From NCBI RefSeq assembly GCF_964355755.1, contig NC_092677.1, forward strand, positions 4,114,101-4,178,100: 64,000 nucleotides of DNA. The letters are read 5' to 3'. The notes beneath the pieces are model-generated. The model was not told the DNA's origin and did not search any database. It saw nothing but the letters and a program-made list of their open reading frames with translations. The stretch comes from Antedon mediterranea (taxonomy: Eukaryota; Animalia; Echinodermata). The position numbers and the translations under genes are program-made. Shown here piece after piece: positions 49,383 through 61,700 of this stretch; positions within the stretch are counted from its first letter, which is position 1, and the number at the start of each line of letters is the position of its first letter.

Positions 49383-50299
49383 TTAGACACTTTTGTTGAA
49401 AATAAATGAAATAAAATAGATGAAATCTTGTACAGAATGTGATGTGACAAATTATTAGATAAAATTGTTAGGTAATTTTAGCAAATGAATGTTTTTAAAA
49501 TTGAAAAGGTTACTGTCCTTATTGAAGGTTTTTCTAATAAAGCACCATTAACCATACAAACCATTGCAGCATATGTTCAACAAATATACATTTGATATTT
49601 TATCACTGTCATTTCAGTTGAGTTATAATTGCACAACAAGGAACAAACTGAGGTTAATAACACCTATGTTTACGATTTGTCAAATCCTGTCTTGCTCACT
49701 TCTTTCACATTCGAAAAACTTTCTATGACAAACAAACTTGACATTACTGTACTTTTTTATGTTAAGACAATTTCCTTGGCGTTCTAATATCACTGAACAA
49801 TAAATGTTCTAATAATACACAACAAATCACCAATGTCAGATTGTCAATTCTAATTTTGCTTAAAATCCTTCACAAGAACATAGTATCTTCTAAAAATTTT
49901 ACACAATTAGAAACTAATTTTAAAACAATGAACTCTCTGCAAAAAATGTACATCCTTTAGCTTAGACTTGCCCCAAGTCTGTATTCATTGTCTTTCTTTA
50001 TTTATTTGTTTTTATTTTGATTTTTGTCTGAAATTTATCCAAAGTCAAGTAGTATCAAATGAAACGCGATATGTGCCAAAATCTTTTTACTGATATTAAG
50101 TCAAAACTCTGTCTGCAACCCAGACTACCTTTAGCTGGCAAAATCGTCTTCTTTCAGAATTAATTTGTCAATAGTCAAAAAAAGCGGCAAAATGGTAGAG
50201 CTTACAAATTTAATAGAAAGTCTGGTTTGGATGTCTTTAATAGTATAAAATCTTGTAATACTGCTCACACTTTTTATACCACTTTCAAACCAATACTAA

Positions 50300-50425
50300 T
50301 ACTGTACCCACTATCAAACTTTATGTGGAAAAAATGATGATGTTTGGACATGATGATGTCATATCACTACCATATTTGGGAATATCACTACCATTTTCAG
50401 GCACACCTAACTTTTTTTGTCCTAA
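50300..50425. mobile_element. Harbinger-like MITE family A, degenerate
   Basis: cactatcaaactttatgtg...atcactaccatatttggg. Confidence 0.65.
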
Positions 50426-51770
50426 AAACTTTGCACCTAACAAGTATAAAACAAAATAAAAACAACTATGCATTTTCTATGTTTGTATCAACTATGATTT
50501 CTGTTTATTTTACATGTGTACACCATGGAAATTAAAGTGTTTATACTTACTGTAAAAAATCTTACCTTCGCAATTTAAAAATAGCAATTGAATTGGCAAT
50601 GAAGCTGACAACATGTCCTCCATGTGTGATCATTTTTCAGAAACATTTGAAAAATTAATGGAAGGTTATAATTCTACCTTCACAAGACAATTTCCAAAAG
50701 CTTACATTACAAGGGAGGTTAAAAACAACAAATTCTGTAAAGATATTGCAACCTTTGCAAAACAGAACATTCTAAAAAACTTTACACGAAAACGAAACCA
50801 ACTTTGGTTTCATCACACAACATTTGTGGAATTATGTTCCACATCTTTCACCAACTTCTATATTAAAAAAAATTACAAAACAGGAATGAAAAACACCTGC
50901 TAATACATAATATGTTAATTCTTCTCTTGCTGCATTAATAATAACCTTGTCAAAAACCTAATTTTTTCATAAAAATGGTGTCAATTGAACATTAAAATCT
51001 TGAAAAATAGGAAATATAAAAAGATATGTTTATTTCATTTCTTTCAAGGGAATTAATTGCAAATTCTGTTTTATGGCTACAACGGCAATCAAATATTGAT
51101 GATTCGAGTGACGAAATGATGTTTGTAAAAGTATTAAAAATTTTTTTCTGGAAAACAGTTGATGAAAAAATGAAGATCCAAGATAATTAAACGAGATGAA
51201 AATAGCATTTACAAGAATTTCTTGCATCTTATTTACTCATAAAGAAAAGCAAATGTGTTAAGAACATTCATGTATAGATAATACGGAATTGGGTCAGTTG
51301 AGTTTTTTTTGTCATTGTTGGTTCAAAAGGTAAATTAGATGAGATCAAAGAGATGAGAACAAATGAGGTAAGATGATTGATGAATAGATATTGATGGATG
51401 TTAATATGACATGCAACAGAAGACTGTGTTGATCCATATTTCATAATATAATTCATTTTATCCAAGATCGGGATGAACATTTTCTTTAAATGTAAATTAT
51501 AATATTTCGTTAATAATAATCAGCACAAAGTTTTAGCTGCATTATGAGAATATGTTTCCATACATGTTTGATCCATAAAAATGACCAGGGTACTATATAA
51601 CATTTATTCATCAATAACATTGCTTCATTTGTTCTCATCTCTTTCATCCATTTATCTGGGTGGAGAGAGGCAAATGTAAGTATGACTTTTGTCAATTGTA
51701 ATTTTTCATTAGTTATCCGCAACGAAGTTGCAGGATAACTCCTTGTGATTGTACGAAATCATCATCATCT

Positions 51771-53354
51771 TTTTGGTTATCCGCACTTGGCGGATAACCC
51801 CTTGTTATTGTAAGGATCTTTTTTTTTTTTTTCTATCTTATTCTTCTTTCTTTCCCAGAATTTTGTGTCACGTGTATCTCAAATTCTTATCAACATTACA
51901 TCGTATAATTTTGTCAGAAGATTGACCTTTAACTGTAGAAGTGCAGGACATTTCGTTTTTTTACTTTAGAGTCGCGCAGCGTAAGTTACGCGCAATTTTA
52001 TGAATTTCAATAATTGATCATAGATTAAAAACCAAAAGTCATTTTATATTGACGCTTGGTGAAAATTTAAGTCATATCAAGAGCAAACTTTCTATGGATT
52101 AAAAATGGCACGTTTCACAAAAAGTTACGCGCGCACGCACGTTTAAAATTTCGGAATGCGCAAAATCAATTTCTAATCAACTTTCTACGCATTTCATGTC
52201 ATTTTAAGCATGTCAAAAATTCCCACGTGAGCGCATATTTTTACGCGCGCGGTGCGCACGTACCGCTAAAAACCTTTTTTTTTTGCGTGATTTATGTTTT
52301 TCCAGTCTTTTCTAGTAATTTGACCAACTGTCTAACAATTTCGATTTAAAATCACGTCATACGAGCACGTCGAATTGGACAATTTGTGCGCGTTTTTGAT
52401 GAAAAAGTTAAAAAATTCGCCAAAATTAAGCCTTTTTTTAAACAGTCATAGATTCTAAACTACACGGTGAACTTTTTTTTAATTACATATTCTGGAGGTT
52501 GATGAGTTGTAGATATCGGATCATGGATCAATATGGCTAACTGGACATTGTGACGTCATCATATGGCCACTCGAATATAAAATATAGGATTTTTGTCTTT
52601 TTCGTCATAGCTCATCACATTTAATTGAGCGCATCTGCACTTATCCTTATTCCATTTCCCTCCGTTTTTTATATTGTCTTGGTCAATCAATTATCTTTCG
52701 CATGATTTAACATTTTTAAAATTGTGATGACGTCATCATGATTAAAAGCGTGCATAACGTGGGTCACTTATTTTCATCATTACAGTAAATTTCAATCTGT
52801 TATAGCTCGTTAGAATAAAAAGTGATAATCATGATTAATACGTTTTCTGGAAGCTATTTGATTGTAGATACGAATTCATGTGAATATTTTGCCAATCAGA
52901 TGTTGTGACGTCATCATATGGCTAGTTGAGTTCAAAAAGTGGTATTTTCATCTCTTGCGTAAAAGTTCATTGCGTTTAAACGAGAGCGCATCTCAATTTT
53001 ACGTGCCCAAAATTCTTCAAATTTGCAATAATGTAATTATTTAGATAATTATCTTCTAAAATTGTTATCTTTATATGTCAATTTGATGACGTCATTGTGT
53101 TAATAATTGGATTTAAAAGATGGGTCTCGTAATTTTGTCTATGCTACACTGTATATAACATTATACAGTTTATTCTGTAAAATACTGTAATATGATATAT
53201 GCTACATAATAGGTACAATTCAGCACTGTAAACATATTTATTTCATGTCATAGGATGGCATAATAATTGTCGAGGTTCATATGGTTAAGTATGTGCATGG
53301 TTGTGTTTGCGCGGATAACCAGAACTAGTCAAAGTGACGAGTTCAAATCTAGTT
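51771..53354 (+). mobile_element. Helentron-like non-autonomous element, inner copy 1
   Basis: Complete head, T/CT tract, body with ~178-bp subrepeats, 3' hairpin and CTAGTT. Confidence 0.8.
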
Positions 53355-56246
53355 TTTAGTTATCCGCATTGAGCGGATAACTCCTTGTAACTGTCCTGTT
53401 ACTTTTTTTTTTTCTTTCCTTCTCCCCCATTTTTGTGTCTCACGTATCTCAAAAACTTGTAAACATAACATGTTATAACTTTGTCAGCATGAGGGCATTC
53501 ACGTGAAGTTGTGCACCTCCTATTTTTGAATTATGTCAGAGTTGCGCAACATGACTTACGCACGATTTTATGAATTTCACATATTTAACATAGGTCAAAA
53601 ACCAAATAACATTTTAAATTGAAACTTTGCAAAAGTTTAATTTATATCATGCGCTAACTTTTTGTTGAAAAAAAAATGCGTGTTTTACAAAAAGTTACGC
53701 GCGTACGCGCATTTAAAATTTCAAAATGCGCAAAATTAATTTCTAATCAACTTTCTACGCGTTTCATGTCATTTAGAGAATGTCAAAAATTCCCAGGCGC
53801 GCGCAAATTTTTACGCGCACGGAGCACACGTACCGTTAAAAACAGATTTTTTCGCGTGATTTATGTTTTTTCAGCCTTTTCTAGTAGTTTTACCAACTTT
53901 TAAACAATTTCGACTTCAAATTACGTCATACGGGCACGTCGAATTGGATAATTTATGTGCGTTTTTGATGAAAAAGTTCAAAAATTAGTCAAAATTTGTC
54001 AAAATTATACCTTTTTTTAAACAGTCGTAGTTTCTAAACTAAACGGTAAAAGTTATTTTTATTACGTATTTTGGAAGATGATGAGTTGTAGATCATGTAT
54101 CATGCATCAATACGGCTTACCGGACATTGTGACGTCATCGTATGGCCATGCGAATATAAAAAATAGAATTTTTGTATCTTTCATCATAGCTCATCACATT
54201 TAATAGAGCGCATCTCCAATTATCTGTTTTCCATTTTCACCCCGATTTTTATATTATCTAGGTCAATCAACTCTCTTTCGCATGAGTTAAAATATTTTAA
54301 TTTTTATGACGTCATCATGTCTAAAAATGAAAATAACGTGGGTCACTTATTTTCATCTTTACAGTAAATTTCAATCTGTTATAGCTCGTCAGAATAAAAC
54401 TTGATAATCATGATTAAAACGTTTTCTGGAAGCTATTGGATTGTAGATACGAATTCATGTAAACATTTTGCCAATCGGATGTTGTGACGTCATCATATGA
54501 CCAGTTAAATCAAAAAAGTCGTATTTTCATCTTTTGCGTCATAATTCATCACATTTAAAAGAGCGCGCATCAATATTTTACGTATTTAAATTTCTTCTAC
54601 ACATTAATATGTTGTTGCCGAGATAATTTCCTTCCGAAATTGCTATCTTAGTGTTTCATTTTGATACCGTCACTATGTTAAAAATTGGAATAAATGGCGG
54701 GTCCAGTCATTTCACCTATTCTACACTGTATGTAATATGTATACAAATTATATTTTCATATTTTGCGTAATAGTTCATCACATTTAAAAGGGCGCGCATC
54801 TATATTTTACGTATTCAAATTTCTTCCACACGTTAATATGTTGTTGCTGAGATAATTTCCTTCCGAAATTGCTATCTTAGTGTTTCATTTTGATACCAAA
54901 GCCGTGTTAAAAATAAGTATAAACGGGGGGACCCGTAATTTCACCTATTCTACACTGTATGTAACATGTATACAGATTATACCGTTTGCACTGTATATAC
55001 TATATGACACAAAATTGACAGAATTCAGCACTAACAGCATATGATATTCTTCAGTTCAGGTCATAATGTCATAATCTTTTTCCGTGTGCAAAATTCCAAC
55101 GTATGACGTGCGCGTGGCGTTTGTCGTGCGGATAACTAACTCGTCAAAGTGACGAGTTTCATGTCTAGTTCTTTATCTTCTTTCTTTCTGTAAATTTTGT
55201 GTCACCCGTATCTGTAAAACTTGCAAACATAACATTTCGTAACTTTCTCAACATATCTTCATTCATATGAAGTTGTGCAGCGAACCTTTTCAGGATGTTT
55301 ACAATTGCGCAACGTGACTTACGCGCGATTTAACGATTTTCTCGTATTTAACATAGGTAAAAAACCAAATAACATTTTAAATTGAAACTTTTCAAAAGTT
55401 TAATTTATATCATGCGCTAACTTTCTGTTGAAAAAAAATTGCGTGTTTTACACAAAGTTACGCGCGCACGCGCATTTAAAATTTCAAAATGCGCAAAATT
55501 AATGTCGTATCAACTTTCTACGCGTTTCATGTCATTTTAAGCATGTCAAAAATTCCCACGCGTGCGCAAATTTTTACGTGTGCGGTGCGCAAGTAGCGTT
55601 GAAAACATAATTTTTTCGCGTGATTTATGTTTTTCCAGCCTTTTCTAGTAATTTTACCAACTTTTAAACAATTTCGACTTAAAGTTACGTCATACGAGCA
55701 CGTCGAATTGGACAATTTGCGCGCGTTTTTGATGAAAAAGTTCAAAAATTCGTCAAAATTATGCCTTTTTTTAAACAGTCGTAATTTCTAAACTGCACGG
55801 TCAACTTTTTGTGAATGACATTTTCTGGATGTTGATGAGTTGTAGATATCGGATCATGTATTAATATGGCTAACCGGACATTGTGACGTCATCGTGTGGC
55901 CACGCGAATATACAATTTAGGAGTTTTGTATCTTTCTTCAAAGCTCATCACATTTAATAGAGCGCTTCTCCACTTATTCGTTTTCCATTTTCACCCCGAT
56001 TTTAATATTGTGTAGGTCAATCAACTATCTTTCGCATGAATTCAATTTTTTTAAATTTTTGTCACGGCATCATGCCTAAAAATTTAAATTACGTATGGCA
56101 ATAATTTCATCTTTACAGTAAATTTTAATCTGTTATAGCTCGTAAGAATAAAATCTGATAATCACGATTAAAACGTTTTCTAGAAGCTATTGGATTGCAG
56201 ATAGGAAATCATGTAAAAATTTTGCCAATCGGATGTTGTGACGTCA
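52551..56246. promoter_or_regulatory. Cluster of nine full CRE palindromes TGACGTCA inside the Helentron-like elements
   Basis: At 52551, 52728, 52906, 53087, 54130, 54307, 54485, 55884, 56239; the motifs are directly visible, function unproven. Confidence 0.4.
53355..55170 (+). mobile_element. Helentron-like non-autonomous element, inner copy 2 (with ~235-bp internal duplication)
   Basis: Same termini; ~54520-54755 is duplicated at ~54755-54975. Confidence 0.8.
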
Positions 56247-58581
56247 TCATATGGCCAGTTAAATAAAAAAAGTCGTATTTTCATCTTTTGCGTCATAATT
56301 CATTACATTTAAAAGAGCGCGCATCAATATTTTACGTATTTTAATTTCTTCTACACATTAATATGTTGTTGCCGAGATAATTTCCTTCCGAAATTGCTAC
56401 CTTAGTGTTTCATTTTGATACCGTCTCCATGTTAAAAATTGAAATAAATGGCGGGTCCCGTAATTTCACCTATTCTACACTGTATATAATATATATACAG
56501 ATTATACTGTTTGTACTATATACTATATGACACAAAATTGACAGAATTCAGCACTAACAACTATTATCATATTCATCAGTTCAGGTCATAATGCCATAAT
56601 CTTTTTCTGTGTGGAATATTCCAACGTATGACGTGCACGTGGCGTTTGTCGTGCGGATAACTAACTCGTCAAAGTGACGAGTTACATGTCTAGTTTTATT
56701 TAATATTTCCAAATTCTTCGTTTTAAAAACAAAGTGGATACAAATCATTAGTATTATTGTTCATAGAATATGCATATTTGTGCAAAAACAATGTAACCTT
56801 TGACCTTATCAAGTATCTAATTGAGCCAGATTTTAGATTTGTCATTTATAGGCAGTTTTATGACAAAAAGAGATTAGATATTTAAGTTAAGGACTTAATT
56901 GTTGTTTGTGAAATGTTTCCGTCAATTACAATACTATTTTCTTTGGCAGGCAATCCACCTACTGACAAACTTTACAAAAAGACTTGGTAAAAAAAAAGCA
57001 TAAAAGATCAATTTAATTTTATCATCAAAAAATACAGTGGATTAAAATCTGAACTGTACTTTTATAACATAACTATCGAGTGAGTGAATGGTTGTATTTA
57101 ATTTGGAACTTTCGTAGTCAACATGAAGATTGTGTGCACCAGAAAATCATTTGAATAGAAAACAACAAATCAAGCTTTTTTTTATTAAGAACAATTTCAA
57201 CACTCAAAATACTTGGTTAAATAAGTACAGTACCCCAAGTACTCAACAGAAAAACAATACTCATTGGTAAAGCCTCAATCCCAACACAACAAGTGACTGA
57301 AATAAATAAATCATATTCCAATAATAACTAAAATTTGCTTTGTTTTTTCACGTTTCAATTAATGTTGACATTCAAATTAAGGAAGAACTGGGTTCCTTTA
57401 TAGGCCTACACCCGAATGGTCCCTTCAACCACAATTATTTCTACCTCAATGCTTCAACAAAATATTTTCCAGATATTAATCCTGTCCTTGAATCTTAAAT
57501 GTTTAAATTAAAAACATCAGACCGATTCTTGTCAAGCTCGTTCTTCTTTAATGAGAGACAAGAATAGATGACTATGATATTCATCATTTATCTAACCTCA
57601 CCTTTACTGCATTTTTCGTGTAATTTTATACGATCATCTATTTCGCACCAGAAAGGAAACGCAACAGGTCATGCTGAGTGCACAACGGTTTGCGGTTGAA
57701 AACGACTGCTCATGGTGTGATGGTGTAATATAGAGGAGCTAGGTTCATGGTGAGAGACAAGCATTGTTCCTGAATCATATCTTCGGAATTTAGGTTTTAG
57801 TTTTACACTAGGCTCTACTGGTCTTGATTTTTTACACCCCAATTAATTATTTTTTGTTTTTAATAAAAAAAAGTAAAATGCTATGTCAAATTAATCTACT
57901 GCAGTTACTGCAGTAACTACATTTTGATTTAAACTTTTTTTATAATTATTTGGGTAATTAGACATACTGTATTGACTGCTTCAACTTGATATTTTTACTG
58001 CAGTAAAAAAACAGTTACTGCAGTAGAATACTTTTGAACAAAATAAAATGCATCATTGCAATTTGATATGCGTGTGTAAAAAATAGATATAAATAAATAA
58101 GTTATCAAAACAGATTGGAATGAAGAAAAGAAACTGTCAAGAATTAAATATCTCTTAATCAAGTTCCGTCATGGAATGTCAAGCGATATAAAAGCGTCAG
58201 AAAATATGAGAAAATTATCGATTCAATATGAATCTATCAAAGGATGCTAGAAGCTACTCAGACTTCCCTTTCAAGTTTCACTGCCATAGAAAAATAAGTA
58301 AAGCAGATAACAAACTTTGACATTATTATATTTTTAATTAACATGACAGGTGATTAAGCACAAAAAAGAAATTTATACTTTAGAAATCTAAAAAAAAAGC
58401 TTTAAGAAATATAATACTATATTGGTTGATAAACTGATCAAATGCATTTACAAAAACTACATTTCAGTGAGGGGAACTGTACCCAGCTGTATTTGCAAAC
58501 ATTTCACCAAATTAAACCATTTTTGATGTTTTAGTAAAACTATAATAGTTAACACCATAAACCTGAAAGGACAGCTTAAAA

Positions 58582-58720
58582 AGCTCTGTCTACACTATCA
58601 AACTAGTTTCACAAAAAAAGTGTGATGTGCCCAAATAATGGTAGAGATATGCCCATATATGGTAGTGATGTGACATCATCATGTCCATATATGGGTACAT
58701 CACATTTTGTTGTCACATAA
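58582..58720. mobile_element. Harbinger-like MITE family A, one TIR lost
   Basis: agctctgtctacactatcaaactagttt plus internal 21-bp units. Confidence 0.8.
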
Positions 58721-61700
58721 ACAAACAGCCAGGGATGCCTTTTTCAAACTACTGTAGCAATTACTACTGTAGCAGTCATTGAAGATTTATTGGCCAATCC
58801 TACTTAGCACTTTGACCTCCCCCTTTTTTTAACCTTCCTCTAAACAATCCTAGCTATACAGTTAAAGGGATTATATTTTAAACATCATTTTCTTAAAATA
58901 TCTTTAGCATACATTGATGATTTTAATTTGCAATCTGGTCATGCTTGACTGCATCATTATAACTTCATACCACAGGCACCATCATCAGCAATATAACAAT
59001 TATTTCTAATCTCATTAGACTTTTATTATTACACTGTATTTTCCATCAGTGCTTTTTGTACAATTAGTAAAATCAAGCATGTTGCAATATCAAATTACAG
59101 TATAGTAGACCGTATGCTTTCGTGTTTCGGCACGATAAACTAAAATCCATCCCCAATGATTTAAAATAACTCTACGGATCAGTAACACAGTTGCCTATGC
59201 TCCATTTGTCATCAATAAACAAAACTATAAACTATGTTTGTCTATCTGCCTACGTAATACGAATTAATATTATGATATAATAATCCATAAAAATATATTA
59301 AGCAAAAAAATATGTCAAAAGCTTGGATGAAACGTAATTCTGAAAGTACAGTTGGGATATGGTTAATTAAAACTTCTCAAAAATCTAATTAAAAATATTG
59401 ATAATCGTGTTTTTTAAAGATTTTGAGTTAGAATACCTAAGTGCTGTAATAAAATATATTGTGGTACAGAATTATTTTAGCCTAAAATGGCATAGAAAAA
59501 CTCTAAAATAAATATGCAGTATAAAAATGGTAAAGACATGAAAAAGTTAAAAAGTCATATCAACTGAATTTTCTGGAAATGATCGAATTGTTTCCAATTG
59601 TTAGCTAGTTTCACACCTGGAATTCTGGCATTACTTCTAAGAAAACATGCATATTGGAAAAACAAATCTATAATGTTAACATTTTCATTGCAAGAAAATA
59701 ATAAACAGTTTAGGGTAGTTGAAGATTACATTATGCATGACCATATTCAATAGAAAACCTCCAATTACACACTCGCAAAACATCTCCAGAGACCGAAAAA
59801 CATAAACCAATCAACATCCATGATTTCAACACGGTGCAACGGCCTTATTTGGCAAATCGCATCATCATCAATAGATTTGTATCAAATGAACTAAGACAAA
59901 ATTTATCAAAAATTAAGTATTCCTAAGAAAATATAAAATAAATCAATATTATTTACCATCATTACTTTAATTAATGTAATAAAAAATACATTAATAGCTC
60001 ACCAAAATGTTACACATCATTAGAAGAGGTAATGAGTGGATTATATCCCACACTGCACATGATCATTATCTCTTCTCAAACCGTACAAAAGTGATTTTGA
60101 AGACGCCATAGATGATATAACTCAGCCTTACGGTCATCTAAACATGCCACACAAAATATACATACATATTAGTGTTGGACTGCCACAGACGCAATGAGAG
60201 ACTCCTCCATTGGGGCTTCTATCCACTAATTTCATAAAGAAATAATTATTAAATATGTATTCACCGCTCAAAATCATGTCACCTTCTGTATTTACTGACA
60301 CAATCTAAGTTCTATACCATTTATAATATTCAAGTATTTAACCAAAACACCCCATACCCCTTGTTTGAAGATTATAGACCTCTACCCTCATACCTTTTTG
60401 GCACCCGTATGTATGTAAACAGTATCTGCACCAAGTTTTTTCTTTTATGATGTCAAGTCCACAATTTTAGAATATTATTCAACATCAATAGTACAGTATG
60501 TATTTATGAGAATCATAAACAAATCCATAAAATAAAAACCTCACACGCAATACAAACAAATTTCTGGTAAAAAGTACAATATGGCATTTAATGTCATATT
60601 CATTATTTAAAGTCCTCATAAATATGTTATGGATTACCAAATCCCAGCATGAGGGGATGTCAAATCAGAAGTCAAAAGAGAAACCATGGTAATAATGGAC
60701 GAAACAGTCAGGGATACACGTATCACATGACGTATCACATGATATGATGTCTAAAAAGGAATTTAGTAAGAACAAGCAAAAATTTAAATTACTACTACCT
60801 GCAATTTTATAAAAACAAAAAAATAAATATGATTGTTCCGAAACAAAAATAATGACAGAGGAAAGAAAGAGGAGACCGGGTTTGGTTTATACATGGAGAA
60901 ATAATAAACTTTCTCCATTAGTATTCCAAAGTGGAAAAACTGAATGTTTACAGGCACTCAGTATATTGATTGACTGTTAGTTTTAAGTCTGGGATTTTAT
61001 ATGGTAAGGCGTAACTATTACTACTGTATGTTATTAATACATTTCATTGCCTTTAAAAAAAAAACATACAGTAAAATATGTGAATACACACATTTGTGTA
61101 TTTGATTTAAAGTAAATCATTGTACTAAATGTTTCATATTTTCATGTCCTAAGCCCAGAATAATCAATCCTAATTGCATTAAATAATGCAATTAATTATT
61201 TTTAATTATGCTTTTTGAAAATAGTAAATACTGTAGTAAATTTGTTCATGCGGCTCCTAAAGTTTATAAAGAGGGAATGTGAAACTAACTAATTAATTTT
61301 ACTTGTCCTTAAGAGAGATTAATGTTAATTAATTTATAACAAGGGTGAAGATGAGATATAATATTTATTATATTATATTAATATATATCAATCAAAAAGA
61401 AAGTTTAAATTTGTTGAACTGTGTTGGCATTCTACAGTACTAATAGCTAAAAACAGGATGCACCTACAGTACAGTATACTCTACTACCTGCCACTCAGAG
61501 GGGTCAATGACCAGACTGTCAATAAGAGAAGCTATTAACAAACCGATAAATCAATTAGTTATGATTGTTTAATCAAAGAAGAAGCTACACTAAGAGACAC
61601 TTTGTACTCATTTTACCTATGATTACTCGCTATTTTCTTTATCGGTTTAAACCTTGGTTCAAACGTAAGCAATTTGATAAATTACGATGCGATGGACGAT

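Larger units (their letters stand above)
51709..56695 (+). mobile_element. Outer Helentron/Helitron2-like non-autonomous element (head 51709-51770, body 55171-56695), split by two insertions
   Basis: 5' TTAGTTATCCGC..GGATAAC hairpin; 3' GCGGATAAC subterminal inverted repeat, ACTCGTC-AAAGT-GACGAGT hairpin and CTAGTT end. Confidence 0.75.
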
